Shown piece by piece: positions 41,504-59,681 of a DNA stretch of 64,000 nt (position 1 is its first letter; each line of letters opens with the position of its first letter). Source of the stretch: Adineta vaga (lineage: Eukaryota; Animalia; Rotifera); NCBI GenBank assembly GCA_021613535.1, contig CP075496.1, forward strand, positions 7,068,001 to 7,132,000, given 5' to 3'. The notes beneath the pieces are model-generated. The model worked only from the letters and a program-made list of their open reading frames with translations, was not told the origin of the DNA and searched no databases. The position numbers and the translations under genes are program-made.

Positions 41504-41592
41504 TACATTCATTTGACTTTTTAAATAAAAACAAATTCGATCTAATAAAAAAATTATAGAATCGATTTTCTTTTGTTCATTTCTAGATGTAA

Positions 41593-44774
<3,182 letters not shown>

Positions 44775-44959
44775 TTTTCTTTTTCTCTCGTTTTACATTT
44801 GTATAGATTAGAAAAAAATAAATAAGTTCGTGATGTTTTATATCTATATATGAAATATACATGCATGTGTGTATGTAAATATAACTAAAACAAAAAATAT
44901 CGTCTGTTTTTTCTTTTGTTTATTTCAGATTATAAAGGTGCTATCTTTTAGAAATTATC

Positions 44960-47453
44960 ATGCCACGTGCTGGTTTACGGAATAGTCTTGTGGAACAGCC
45001 AAGATCAGTGGAAGGTATGGAAATAGATCTATTTAGATTTTAAGAAAAATCAAAAGAACTTCAAGATTATGTAAATTGACATTGATTAGATTAAAGCGAT
45101 CGAGTACTTACGAATAAATATATCTCTCTTGCTTGCATATCTCTGATTGGTTTTTTTATTCTTCTATTAATGTATATCGTATTTCGTGCCACCTGACTTT
45201 TTCTTATAACTGTCAATTTTTAAGATCATCCTTTATGCTCATGAAAGTCTCTTCAAAGACTAGAAGTTTTCCATGTTGTTTTATATCATAGTTTTACTTC
45301 CTTTTCATGATAATGATAATCATTTTTTTTTAAATTTAGAACCATCTGCAGTCAAATTAAGTCGAAAACGTACAAGAAAAGTTCTTCATCCGATTGCAAC
45401 AGATACAGATATTGTTCAAGAAGATTCATGTATATCATCAACGTCTTTAATAGATAGTATTTGTGCTAGTCCGGCTCGACGAGCACGTCTACTCAATCCT
45501 CGTATGTTTCTCATAGAAGTTATTTTTATTATTAATATTCATATCAATCTGTTTAGAATTATCAGCAGCTAAAGTTGCGCTTCATTCTCATACTACTCGT
45601 CAGATATGTGGTCGAGAAGAAGAACGTCGTTTGATGCGAGAATTTTGCTCTCAAAAACTCTCGAAATCAAGTGATGAAAATGGAACTATTAATAATCCTT
45701 GTCTTTATATCTACGGAGCACCTGGCACTGGTAAATTGAAATATAGTGTTCTAAAAATATTTGACTCTTCTATCACTATTCTTCATAGGTAAAACAGCTG
45801 TAGTAACTAGTGTAACAACAACGTTTGCCGTAAATATTCATTTTATTTGTATAAGTACATCGATTTTGATTCTTTTGTAAATAGGAAGAAGATCGTTTAA
45901 AAGTTATATTTCTTAATTGCATGTCAATGGATTTAGTTCGTGATGTTCTTCAACATTTACTTGAACAATTAAATTGTAAAACAAAAATTACGACAAAAAA
46001 TATGTGGACGTTATCTATGTCCTATGTAAAGAAAAATTCTTTACCTGTTTTGCTTATTCTTGATGAAGTTGATGAATTACTTTCATCAAGTGATATGGAA
46101 AATGTTTATAAATTACTTGAATGGCCACATCAGACGTCGAATTTACTAATGATTGGTAAATCAGATATCTTCGATTCCTTTTTTTATAATCATACTTCTG
46201 TTTCTTCTATCAGGTATTGCAAATTCATTAGATCTTACTGATCGACTTTTACCTCGATTACAACTCAAACCGGAACATAAACCATATCTATTACGTTTTT
46301 CACCTTATAATCGCGAGGAGATGTTATCAATTGTTAATGATCGGTAAGAAATATTTCAGCAAAATGCAATCAATTCATTTATTTCACTTTTAGTCTTGGT
46401 TCTATTGAATTATTTGATCGGAATGCTTTGATGTTATGTGCAAGTAAAATCGCGTCGACTACAGGAGATTTACGAACTGTTTTTGATGTTTGTCGGTAAG
46501 TGATATGATCAATTAGAAAAATATTTTCAACTCATTTATCTTCCATCAATTAGTCAATCAATGGAATTAACAACAGATTCACCAGCAAAAATGAATGTTG
46601 GTGTTAGTCATATGATGGAAGTGTTTACTAATAATAGTCAAAATACAAATTCATCAGATCATATACAAACAAAGAGTTTACCAACATTTGAAAAATTACT
46701 TCTCTGTTCATTAATTGTATGTTTGAGAGCAAGCAAAAAACGTGTTTGTACACGAGCAAAAGTAAGTTTTCGAACATTTTCAATTCTGTACAATATCGTA
46801 AGGAGAGATAAATATAATCTGAAGAGATCAAGATCATCTTTCCGGACGATTTACATTGTAAATTGACACCGAATTACTAAATATATGTTTATTCAAATAT
46901 ATTCCATCGTACATTACACAACATAGATGGTATACTTTCAGAACACTAGCTATCTTTATCCACACATTTGATTATTATCGAATTACAATCTAAACTAATA
47001 ATTCTATATAAGATTGTTCGATGTTAACTATTATTCATACCAACTATTGTAGAGAGTCTTTTTACATTTTAATTCTTTTGTAATTTGATCAAAGTATGAA
47101 TAATGATATTAATTTCACATATAGATTGTCTAAGAAAGTTCTCATTTTTAAATAATTAACACTGATTTCATTTTAGTTATTAATGATCTTTCATGATTTA
47201 TGTACAAAGTATAAACTTCCAGCAGCAGATGGTTTTGAATTTGAAGGTTTAATTGATGCGTTAGAAGCACATGGACTTGTGAAAATAATTCCATCGAAAA
47301 ATAAAATTAAACAAGACGATCAAGTAATTTATTAGTTTGTAACTTGTATAATTCAAATGATTAATTATCAATTTAGATTCATGGAAAAGTCGAAGAAAAT
47401 GTCTTGATTGATGCACTTCAAGATGAAACATTACTTGGCATGGTTTTGCATAA
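44960..47453 (+). CDS. CDC6: Cell division control protein 6
   Basis: GREEE, Walker A LYIYGAPGTGKT, FLNCM, Walker B LILDEVDEL, LMIGIANSLDLTDRLLPRL, FSPYNREE, TGDLRTVFDVCR, C-terminal winged helix; stop 47451-47453. Confidence 0.93.
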
Positions 47454-48145
47454 TTGAATCTTTTTCCTTTTCTTGTCAGATATGAAAATTTCTCTTCATT
47501 CCTCTTTCTTCATTTTAAATTCCCTATATTTTTGTGTTATGAAACAATCAAAAAAAAGATAATCACTTGTATGAAAATTTCTATCTGTAGTTTATTTTTT
47601 TTGTATGAATTTATGAAAATAAAAATAAAAAAGCATGTGTAGAACTTATTCTTTTCTGATTAATTGAAGTTAATGAATGTACCATTCTATCAAATGAAAT
47701 TAAGATGAGATTGTCAAAAGATGAAGAGAAAAAAAAACACCTGGCGAACATGAGAAATGACAGTTGATGAGAGAAATATTCACTTGTGTGAAACTAATCT
47801 ATTTTATCTAGATGTAGAAGAAGAAGTCGTATGACAGTTTCACAATGAGTGGGAGAAACAGAGAAAAAGAAGATAAATGCAGGATAATGTTGCAAGAAAT
47901 TTTCCTATTGAAGAAAAGACAGGAAACGGGAGTGAAAAAAAAGATTATCACTAGTAGATTTAGATAGTAAAGTGAGGAAGAGAAGAAAAAAATAAGGAAA
48001 GAAAGAATACGAAGACATGCAATGAGTATATGAATGTTTTCTTGCATTTAGATGTAAGATACATAAAAGAAAAGAAGAAAAAATGTCAGTCTATGACACT
48101 GTAAAACTTGAGTAAATATGATTGATTAAATAAGTCGAATTGAAA

Positions 48146-51100
48146 ATGTTATCTGAAAGTTGGAAATGTTTATGTTGTCCACCTATGTTCAAACCTCCTC
48201 GACGTGGTGTTATTGTTCCTCTTGAGCATCCTCTACCTGAACCACAAATACAAACACAATCACCACCACCACCACCGCAACTACTATTACCAGTAAAACC
48301 TAAACGAAAGAAATCAGATTTAAGTATGTAGAATAGTTCGTAGATTTGTATTTTTTTTTTGGAAATTTTGCATTTAGCTTTAGCGGCTGTTGTTATTATT
48401 CAAACATGGTTTCGACGACGACGAGCATTGTATGAAATACGACGAAAAACTGCTTGGACAATTTATCAAAATATTGAATATGCTGGTGAACAAGATCAAC
48501 TTAAAGTATTTTAATGATTAAATAAATAGTAGACTATTCATTTTTTGTCTTTAGCTCTATAATTTCTTTCTTGAATTAATGCAAGCTGTAACGAAAAATC
48601 CTCATGATGCTCAAGTCGTTGCTAAAGTTCTACGACGAAATTCTAGTCTGACAGGCCTACGTAATTCATTCTTTTTTTTGTATTCAAACGAATTCCTATT
48701 CAAATTCTTTTAGCTGAAGATCTTGAATTAGAACATTTAACAACACCGGAAGTTATCAATGTCGAATCAACATATCGTGGACCACATATTCATACACCAA
48801 TTCATAAAGGACATTTCGAAGCATTGATAATCGCCTTTCAACGAGGAGAAGTATGTTTATTCAGTTCAAAAATATTTAAAACTTTGTGAGTGAGAGATAG
48901 AAATTTTCTGTTAAAAATAAGGTAATCATAAGTTCGCTAATTACTTTATTAGAAGACTTCGAGCAATTCTAGAACTTTCTTTTGATGAATTTTTTCTTCT
49001 TATCCAACGATTCAGATTAAATAAAGACAAGGTTTTGTTTTTTATTTACAGATACTTCATGCGCATTATATTTTATTAATTCTTCATGAACTTCGTAATA
49101 GACTTAAACGTTTGCCAAATATTAATATTGTTGCAACTCACCAGACAAAATGTGTTACTGTTATTGGAGATTTACATGGAAGTTTAGCTGATCTAATGGT
49201 TATTTTTCATAAGGTAAATAAATTCATTTTTGTTACGAAAAATAATTGATCAAGATCGTTTTATAGAATGGTTTACCTTCGAATGAAAATCCTTATTTAT
49301 TCAATGGTGATATTGTTGATCGAGGTTTTCAAAGTATCGAAGTTTTTCTTCTAATCAGTGTAGCATTTATTGTTTATCCAAATAATGTTTATTTAAATCG
49401 CGGAAACCATGAAGATCATGTATTAAATCTACGGTAAATAGAAACAAATTGTTTCCTGATTTCTTCAACGGAAAGTCAGCTTTAAGTACACATACGACTA
49501 TTTAAAATAATCAACTAGAGCTCTCTATCTTATTCTCACAGTTCCTATAGTCTTCAATGACCCATTTTCTTGATATCTAATTCGTATAATCTCGATCTTC
49601 TGCAAAGATATGATATCCAAAATATTCTTTCTAGGATTTCTGTTCATTAGTTGAAATCTTAGTAAAACTTTAATTTAGTTTTTCAACTTATTTTCATCTA
49701 GATATGGTTTTATGAAAGAAATCATCTATAAATACAAAATGCATGCTACTCGAATTTTACGCCTTATGGAAAATATCTATAGTTGGTTACCAATTGCTAG
49801 TCTTATTGATGATCATATTTTTGTTACACATGGTGGAATAAGTGATATAACTGATTTAAAGATAATCAATCAAATAAAACGTCAAAAGGTTGGATAGCTA
49901 TATGATAAATTTCATTCTAAATGATTTGTTTGTTTCTTTCTTTAGTATGTTTCTGTATTAAGTCCAAGTTTCATTATACCTTCAGATGAAAATCAATTTC
50001 AAATCAGTAGTATTCCCAATGATGTATTACTTGAATGGCGACAAGTATTAGATTTATTATGGAGTGATCCGAAACAAACAGATGGTTGCGAACCGAATAC
50101 GTATCGTGGTGGTGGATGTTACTGGGGACCAGATGTAACACAAAAAATTTTAGAAAAACATAATTGGAGTTTATTAATTCGTTCACATGAATGTAAAGAA
50201 GAAGGTTTTGATTATACGCATGATAAAAAAGTATGTTTATATTCGTAGACTTTTCATTTAGTTTTGAAATTATATGATTCTAGGTACTAACGATTTTTTC
50301 TGCATCGAATTATTATGCAGTCGGAAGTAATCGTGGTGCATATGTTAAAATCATGACAAATCAACCGCCTATTGTTGTTCAATTTATGTCAACGAGAAGT
50401 TCACATAAAACATTAACATTATGGGAAAGGTAAATTGAAAAGTCCGGTTTTCATCTTTCGATTCATTCAAATCTTTAGAGTTTCGTATGTTGAAGATCAA
50501 GCTATTCAAAATCTTACTGAAAAATTTAGTGCAAATAAAAGTCGTCTTATGAAGGAATTTCAATTGGTTGATCAGGAGAATACAGGTAATTTGATGCGAG
50601 TCATTTATAGGAATTTAATAATGAATATTCAATTTAATTTCTCTTTTTCAATATCTTTCTTTTAAATTAAATTTAATATCTAATCAAGAAATTATAATAG
50701 TTTCTATTAGAAATAGACGAAGTAGAAATAGTCTTTTGAGTACGAAATCACGTCATTCATTAGACAAGAACAAACTAGGTCAATCAAGCTACATTTTTTG
50801 TCGGAAAATCACTGTAAATAAGAATCTTTTCAAGCGTATCTTAAGGAAATATGGAATATACATACATATTTTATAAGTAATTACGTTGACGTTTCAACGT
50901 CTCTTTAACTTCGTTAGAAACTATTAAGAAGCATCTTTGGCTAAGCATGCACTAATATAATTCGACTGGGTATGAATCAAAGAAATTCAGAATTAATTTA
51001 ATCTATAGTCAATCAGATTGGTATTGAATGCATTCCTTCTAGTTGAAATGTATGACATAGGAGATTTAGATCAATTGTTCAAATTCCACAAGTTAAATTT

Positions 51101-51741
51101 ATTAAAGGCGATTTTTATTATTGTTCTTTGGGTTTCTATTTAGGTCATATATCTGTCAATGATTGGTGTGATATAGTTACACGTGTTCTTGATTTACAAC
51201 TTCCATGGCGAACTTTGAAATCACGACTTGTTGATACGAATGAAAATGGATTGATTATCTATGAATCAACATTTCGTACGAAAGAATTACAATTTACATC
51301 AGCTGTTTCAACAAATTCAGTAAATATTCTTTACATTGCCATAATTGAACTTTGGTTTTTTTAATTTTCTCTGTTTGTCTTAGAGACGAGAAAGTCTTTG
51401 TCAAGCAATATATCGTAATAAAGATTTACTTGAAACTGTCTTTCGGGCGATTGATAAAGATAACTCAGGTTAGGTTACGATCTTTATTTCATTAAAAAAA
51501 AGAAGAGTTTCCAAGAAGCATAATGTTCTTTTTTTCTGTCTGTTCTATAGGTGTTATTTCCATGCAAGAATTTACTGAAGTATGTACATTTCTTGGTAAA
51601 CATAATGGATCAAAACTAGATGAAAAGCAAATCATGGATTTAGCTGCTAGTATTGATCTAAATAAGAATGGTGTTATTGATTTCAATGAATTTCTTGAAG
51701 CATTTCGTATTGTTGACATTGGTGATCATTTACAGAAATAA
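48146..51741 (+). CDS. PPEF: Ser/Thr protein phosphatase with EF-hands (PPEF/rdgC)
   Basis: IQ motif [37 protein letters not shown] motifs [41 protein letters not shown]; C-terminal EF-hands DKDNSG and [17 protein letters not shown]. Confidence 0.95.
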
Positions 51742-51853
51742 CTGTCATATATTCAAATCTATAGATTGATTCTAGAACAAAATGTCCGACAATTTGTTCT
51801 TTTTTTTAATTCTATCAGAGTGTTTTCTTTTCTATAATAATAATAATAATAAA

Positions 51854-52965
51854 ATGTCGAACTTTCTATTGATGATCATCATTATTTCGATGATATTTTT
51901 AAGTATCTATATCGATCAATGTCAGACGATTGTTGGCGAAAAAAAACGAATATTTACGGGTCGATCCGAAGGTATTCTATTAGGTGATTATCTATTTTTC
52001 GCTCAAACAATCTATACATCAAATACACCAGGTTTTTCTATCGTTCGAACTATAAATGAACTTGAATGTAAATGTTTATGTTCAACAAATAAGCAATGTC
52101 TTGCAATAGCGTATCGCACCTCAGATTCGACTTGTTCATTATATGCAAGTGATCCATGTGATGTAAGGAATTGGAAAACAAATTCTTATATGAATTTTTA
52201 TATAAATATTAAACGTTTAAAATATCGTTTATTTGAAAAACCTGAACAGAATCAACCGTTAGAACGTCTTACATTATCATCATTGTGTGATACTACGAAT
52301 AGATTTAATGCAGATAATCGATGGTTATTTGCTATGAAAATTAGTGGACAATCGAAAGTAAATTTTCTTGGATTAAATTTTGATAATGCACCTAATCAAG
52401 TAGCACCAAGTCCATGGTACACAACTCCGATAGAAAATATTTGGAATAGTATTCTCATGCATCAATGGTAAACTTGAATGTTTCATTTAAGAAGAATTAA
52501 TTTTATGTCTATTTCTTTAGGGTTTCTCGTCAATATTTTCCGAAATATTTTGGTTTTGCATTGATCTACGAAGGTACCGTTCGTGAATTTGTTTATTTTC
52601 GTTTACATAAAACAACAATTCAAAACTTTTTCAATAAACAACATACACCAGTAACATTCTGTTGGAATTTAAAACCTTCCAAAGCACATCTACATCATAC
52701 ACTTGATCATCAGAGTTCGTTATCAAGAATCTTTTCAATTAGTATCAATGGCAATATATCTCATACAATTCCTTGTGATCAACATGAAACATTCATGTAT
52801 ATATCACCATTTGGTAAAATGGATCAATGTTCTTCAAATGCTAATTCTCGTCAAAATATTGAAATCATGTTTTCTGATCAATGTCATCCATTACCATATT
52901 CAAAATTACTTCGTGCTGATGCTTTAATTGGTTTAATATCTGGCGATACAACAACAGATACTTAA
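51854..52965 (+). CDS. Secreted PAN/Apple-domain protein
   Basis: Signal MSNFLLMIIIISMIFLSIYI; ECKCLCSTNKQCLAIAY....TCSLY PAN-like pattern; two exons (intron near 52468-52520). Confidence 0.7.
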
Positions 52966-53560
52966 AACTGATTTTTATTTCAATACACACAGGGAAAAAA
53001 GTTTTTCTATGAAAACCAAAACCGTATACAATAAATCATGAAATTATGTGTTGTTTATCTACATACATAGAGAGAAAAAGGAGAGAGAAAGCAAGAAAAG
53101 TTTAACGATTAGGTAGATTATATGCATTGCAGCGATGATAGTCAAAGAAATATAGAAAAAAATCATTCACAAGATTACAGAGCGACAGATAACTAATACT
53201 GCGTAAAGATTAGTTTGGTTTTTTTTGCAAAAAAAAAATATTCTACATAATTTGACAATGATGATGTTTTTTCTTTTTTTTCCTACGTGTAATGTCATTA
53301 TCAAACTGAGCAGCATTCAAAGAAAGTTTTGAACGAGATTTCTCTTTTGATATTACTTGTATTCGTTTTATTCGACGAACCAAATCGAAAAAGATCTAAA
53401 GAAAATATTCTCTGACTAGATACAAAAAGAAAACAATACCGCGTATCTGGATAATGAATAGATATGTAAAGAAAAAGAGATAAGAAGAAGAAGAAGAATA
53501 AGCCAGAAGAAAAGGAGAAAGTAGAAGAGCAATTGCCAAATGAGATGAGAAAGGGATGAC

Positions 53561-54549
53561 TTATAAAAGTGTACAGCAATTTTGTTTATCTCGTGAATTA
53601 TTAGATGATTGATTGGCTTGTAAATTATCGAAACCATTTTTGCCACTTGATGATGAATTGGGATTTCCTATTTGACCAGATGATTTACCTTTGGCTTTCT
53701 TATCTTTATTAACCGGTGTTCGTTTGTTTATTTGACGTACAAGATCAAAAAAGATCTAAATAGGTGTTTTGTTTAAGGATTGAATTATTTCAAGAAGGAT
53801 TAACTCATATCATGCAAAAGAAAAATAGAGAAATGCGACTAAATAAAAAAGAGATATTTACCTCATTCACATTAATTTTTTGTTTAGCTGATGTTTCAAG
53901 AAATGTAGAGCCCCAATTACGTGCTAGTGTTTGTCCAACTTCTTTTCCAACAACACGTTCATCTTCGAGATCACATTTATTTCCAACGAGAACCATGGGA
54001 ACCTAAATGAAAAGAAAGAATTGATGAACACTATCATGAAATCAATTAATCATCTTTACATCAGTCGTATCTTTCACTTTAAGAATTGTATCGCGTAAAT
54101 CAACAAGATCATTATATGTCGATTGAGCAGTTATTGAATAAACAAGTACAAAACCTTGACCATTTTTCATATACAAATCTCGCATAGCCGTAAATTGTTC
54201 CTAAAAAAGAACGTATTTATAAGAATTATCAAGACTCATCACTTACTGTGCCAGCAGTATCCAAAATTTCACTGAAAAATAAATAATTAAAAAAACACTC
54301 CTCAAATAGTAATATCTATCAGATTGAATTCACTTACAGCATACATTGTTGGCCATCAACTTCGACTTGTTTTCGATAACTATCTTCAATCTATTGAAAA
54401 ATTCATAATCAATTCCGAATATTCTTTTTTTTTTGATAACTTACTGTTGGATCGTATTTCTCAACGAATAATCCTTGAACGAATTGCACAGTCAATGCTG
54501 ATTTACCAACACCACCACTACCAAGTACAACAATTTTGTATTCACGCAT
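53561..54549 (-). CDS. RAP1: Ras-related protein Rap1
   Basis: [93 protein letters not shown]. Confidence 0.97.
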
Positions 54550-54806
54550 GTTGATTATTGTCTGTTTAAGTATGTTAAATTAAAAAAACACCACGTAGAT
54601 TTAATCTAAAAACAACAGAAAGAATGGAACTCAGCTATTTTTCTCTCTCGTTTAATTCCCTGAATAAAAACAGCAAGAACAAGAACAACGACAGCAAAGG
54701 ACATCAATTGACATAAAATAGAAAATACTAATCTCAATTACGCATTGAAATACATACAAATTAGCTTTAAAATAAGAGAAAAACAAATAAATTGAATTCT
54801 TTTTTT

Positions 54807-57272
54807 TTATGGTCGAAAGTTCCATAATTTAACACTGCCATCGAACGAACCCGACACAATCATATAATCATTAAAAGAAAGACACGTAACACCATCTGTA
54901 TGATTTTTTAATGTACATAATCGAACACCCGTTCGAATATCCCAAACCTAAACAAACACAAAAAAAGAAACTTTTTTGTTATTAAACTTCTAAAACAAAG
55001 TGTTCTTTTGTTCTTTCTTTCTTCAAAATGGAGGTACAAAACATTTCCAATCTATTTTCAAGACGAATAATCACAAACATCTTTGAAAATATGTAATCAT
55101 GCATATTTTTCTGAATGTGTTTCACTCTCTTGTAATTCATCTGGAATAATAGACATAAAACTTGGAGAGAACAAAAAAACAAAGTTTCTCTTTACACTTC
55201 ATTATTTATCCAAATAACTTAGCGTAGAAAATGAAATCTTCGACTAGTAATATATATTTATATACGTATTTATTCTTACTTTAATTGTCTTATCATCTGC
55301 TCCACTGACTACACGCCAACTGTCTGCTTTTAATGCTCGTATTACACCCCGATGACCTTCTTTTGATATCCAATCAATTTTTTGACAGCATTCACCTGTA
55401 GATAAATGCCAAAAACGTATATCATAATCCAAACTACCCGAAACAATTAGATCTTGTTCTTGATCAAAATAAAGACATGTTACAGAACCATTATGAGCTG
55501 ATAATGTTCGTAAGCATATCCCATCTGAATAACGCCAAATCTAAACAATTTTCCATTAGTTTTAATAAACGTTTTCTTTCATCTATACTTTAATCGTTTT
55601 ATCTGTTGATCCGGATACAATATAATCGCAATTGAATTGAACACAAAGTACTTTATCTGTATGATCACTAGAAAGAGAAAAATAATGATTTGTTTTTCTA
55701 CCTATAATATAAACATACCTTAATGTCCGTAAACATACACCATTAATTAAATTCCAAATTTTTACAGAATTATCATGACTACCACTCACACAAATATCAT
55801 CGCGAACAACAAGACAACGAACTGTATCTGTATGACCAAGTAACGTTAATTTACATGCACATTTCGACCAAGTTTGATTAATTGATATACTCCATACCTA
55901 AATATATTCATAGATATTGATAAGAAAAGAAACTTTCTTTTATTACTTTGATACTATGATCATTCGATCCGCTCACTAATCGTACTTCATTCGTTCCATC
56001 AACATGTAAACATCTGACACTACGTGAATGACCAACTAAAGTAATAATTTCATCGGTCGTATTCATATTCCATCTGTAAACAAAAACATAATGAAACAAA
56101 TTTCATTATTTCATATGACTTTTAAATAGATTTACACTTTTATTGTACCATCAGTACAACCACTGATAATTGTTTGACTATCAAACTGAACACAAGATAC
56201 TCCTAAAAGCATATTTTATCTTTCTTTCTTATAGATTAGATTGTGTGTATATACCTTCAACATGACCATGAAATGTTTTAACATCACATCGTCCATTTAG
56301 CCACCGAGAACGAAGACGATATCGTTCGATAAAGATTTTTTTCCACTAAAAACAGAATTTTGAGTTTGTAATAGAGTGAGGTTTTATTCGATTTATTCTA
56401 CCTGTGCTTTTTTCTGTTCATTCGTATGCAATTCAATTTGTTGTTGATCGAGTAAAGTTGATGAAAATGACCATTTTTTTTGTTGTGCCAATTGTCGCCA
56501 TAATTCAGGATGAGAACATAAATAATACCATAATTTATTTACACGAGAACATTGCGCTAATGATACTATAGAATAATAAATAAAAAGATTTAATTTCATA
56601 TAAAATACATTGAATTTCAAATCAACCTGGATCGAGTAAAGAAAGAATATGAAAAGATATATCATATGGTAATTGTGCCAATGGATCTGAACAATCTGAT
56701 GAACAATCTCGATGCCAATTATCAGCGATCAAAAGTGATAGTAGATGCCATTGTGAACTCGAACAAGAATTCTAAAGTATCAAAGAAAAATATATATTTT
56801 TCCGAATATGATATCAAAGATCTTATTTCCTGCAACTCGATTTTCTTTTTTTTATTCTAATAACACATGAAAATCTTCGGAAAAATTCATTGAATACACT
56901 TACAATTAATTCCCTTAGTAATGTTTCTTTCTGTCGATCATTAAGTTGATTAAACCATTCGACAACTTTCTAGAAGAATGAACAACAATTTATTTATTCT
57001 TCATAAGAGCAACAAAATCTTCTTACCACAAGTTCAGATGAAAATACAGATTTTTCATATACTATTTGCTGATTATTCGTTTCATTAGTTACTAATGGTA
57101 CACGATGATCTGCTTGAGAATCGACATGAATTTTTTTTTCATCATTCGACGATGATGATGATGAGATTACAGGATAATCATCATCAATACTATGATGACG
57201 TTTAAATCGACTATTGAGAACACTTGTAAGACTGCTTAATGCATTATCAGACTTGCTTAATGATGCACGCAT
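54807..57272 (-). CDS. F-box/WD40-repeat protein (FBXW7/beta-TrCP-like class)
   Basis: F-box DPLAQLPYDISFHILSLLDPVSLAQCSRVNKLW; WKKIFIERYRLRSRWLNG; repeated GH...V.C...SGS.D.TIKVW WD40 units ending SGSFDGSVKLWNF. Confidence 0.9.
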
Positions 57273-57501
57273 GAAGATAAACAAAACAAGCCGATCAAAT
57301 AAGACAAGCTATTGATAGAACAAAAGACACAAAGACACGATTAATAAATAAACAAGAGAACCTATCACTATTTTACCGAATGAATTTTTTTGTCTGTTCA
57401 AGTAGAATTGAAAACGAAAAAAACTTATTGAAAATAAAAAAAAATATTTATTTTAATCGCAATTCGATGATTATTTTTTCATTCTTAAATAAAAATAATT
57501 T

Positions 57502-57518
57502 TCAACTAGCGACATCTA
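57502..57518. promoter_or_regulatory. Candidate CTCF/YY1-like motif TCAACTAGCGACATCTA in the divergent FBXW/TGF-beta receptor promoter
   Basis: 15/17 match to 28541-28557. Confidence 0.35.
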
Positions 57519-57614
57519 ACATACTCACATTTTTACCGTACATTTCAAACATAGAATAAAATCTCTTTTCTATCACAATGCAACTCAGCTATAGTAAGAT
57601 TTTCTTTGGAATCA

Positions 57615-59681
57615 ATGGATTTTTTAATGTTAAATTTAGGTGTTTTCTTGTTTATTAATCTAATCAGTATATCTTCTGCGCTCGTCTGTCCAATTTATTT
57701 ACCTAGTGAACAACATTCTTCACAACAACGTTTAATCAAATCATGTCAAACAGATTGTATATTTGTATCATCAGAAGAAAAACAAAATGCTTGTCTTGGA
57801 ATTTATTATAATTCATCGGGAAATATATTCATCAAACAATTAGCTAGTATTCATAGTGATCAACAATGTTCAATGTCTAAACAATGTTTACTTGAAATGG
57901 ATTTATTGAATAGTGAAATATTTACTTGCTGTTGTTCAACTAATAATTGTACATTGAATTGGACAAGTCTTTCCACAATGACAACATTGCGTTCGAATAT
58001 AATCAATTCTACGACAATAAAAAATGTTCTTATTATTCATCATGAACATTTTTCATGGAGATTATTTCTAATAATATTTAGTTTCATGATGATTATTATT
58101 CTAATCACGTTTATATTTAGTCTATGGAAGTCATTGAAAACAAGGAATGAGAAGAAAAATAATACATCATTTCTTAAATCACCGTCATTATCATCGTCAT
58201 TGTTAATGGAACAATTATTTTTCTCTGCACAACAGATAGTTATGGGTAAAAATAGTATCGTTTATAAAGCTATTTTTGATAATGATTATGTTGCTATGAA
58301 AGTTTATCAACAATCAAATATACTCATGTGGAAAAATGAGGTTACCTTACTTCAATCAATTAAACATGAAAATATTATCAAGTATGCTACATCTAGTAAA
58401 CAAAATCTTCACATCTAGTCTATACTGAGTCAGAAGGAATTGTAGGAAATTATGTCTCATTCATTCAAGAAACAAAACAAGTAATCATCTATAAGCAAAT
58501 ATCTCGAATTAACGAATACCTTTCCATACCACGATAGAGTAGATAGATAATCCTTATGTTTGTGAAAATATCTTTGTTCATCGTATCAAAAAAAAAACAA
58601 TCTAATGTGTTATATATTATATTCTCGACAGAAAAAAAAAGAAATGACTTACTACTATTTTAGATGAATCGAAGTTGACACGTGACAGACCATATCAGTA
58701 TTTCTACAAACACTGAAATGTATCAATTTGACATACATCATAACCTTGTTCTTTTCTCCTTTTTCTCTCTCCTTCTGAAAGAGAAAATGTTATCTTGTCT
58801 TTTTTTTATTCTCTTATCTACATTGAATAATTTACAATATTCTTTTCAGGATTCTCTCAGAAGGTCAATACAGTTCAAATTTATATCTTCTATCACCTTA
58901 TTACGAGAATGGTACACTTCAATCCTATCTACGTACATCAAATCGAACATTAACCATCAATCAATGTTTAAGATTTTCACATTCACTCGCATCAGCTGTA
59001 GCTTATTTACATACGGGACAAAATAACACTCAGTTGTCTATTGTTCATCGTGATATTAAATCATCGAATATTCTTATATCCAAAGATGAATTCAATGTTT
59101 GTTTAGCTGATTTTGGTGTCGCAACAATACTTCCTCAATTATTAACTGAAAAACATTTTGTACAAATTGGTACAATGCGTTACATGGCACCGGAATTACT
59201 TGAAGGTGTCATTACTTATACACATGATGCTTTATACAGTGTAGACATGTATGCCTTGGCATTAGTTTTATGGGAGATATTAACACAATGTGATGGTTAT
59301 TCAATGACAGGTAAAGATAAGAAGAAGAAGAAGAAGAAGAGAAGATTTCTATATACTTTGATTTATTTCAAGTATATCAACCACCATATGAAGAATATCT
59401 AACAAATGATCTCGAGAGAACTTCTTTTGCTAGTCAATTATATGATATGGTTGTAATGCGTGGATTACGACCTACTTTCCCTCAACAAATCAAAGATAAA
59501 GAACATAATCTGGTTCGTAATGTATTTTTTATATTTTATATTATTTATCTTCTTTTTGTAGTTAATGAATGAATTGTGTTCATTAATTGATGCTTGTTGG
59601 ACAACTGATGCGGATATACGTATGAAAGCACAAGCGCTTACATTCAAACTCAATCAATTGATGTCACCCAAAACAGAATAA
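57615..59681 (+). CDS. TGF-beta superfamily type II receptor Ser/Thr kinase (activin/BMP type II-like)
   Basis: Signal peptide, Cys-rich ectodomain with CCCSTNNC box, TM, no GS box; VAMKVY, WKNE, HENII, HRDIKSSNILI, ADFG, QIGTMRYMAPELLEG, VDMYALALVLWE, YQPPYE, CW..DAD.R. Confidence 0.92.
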
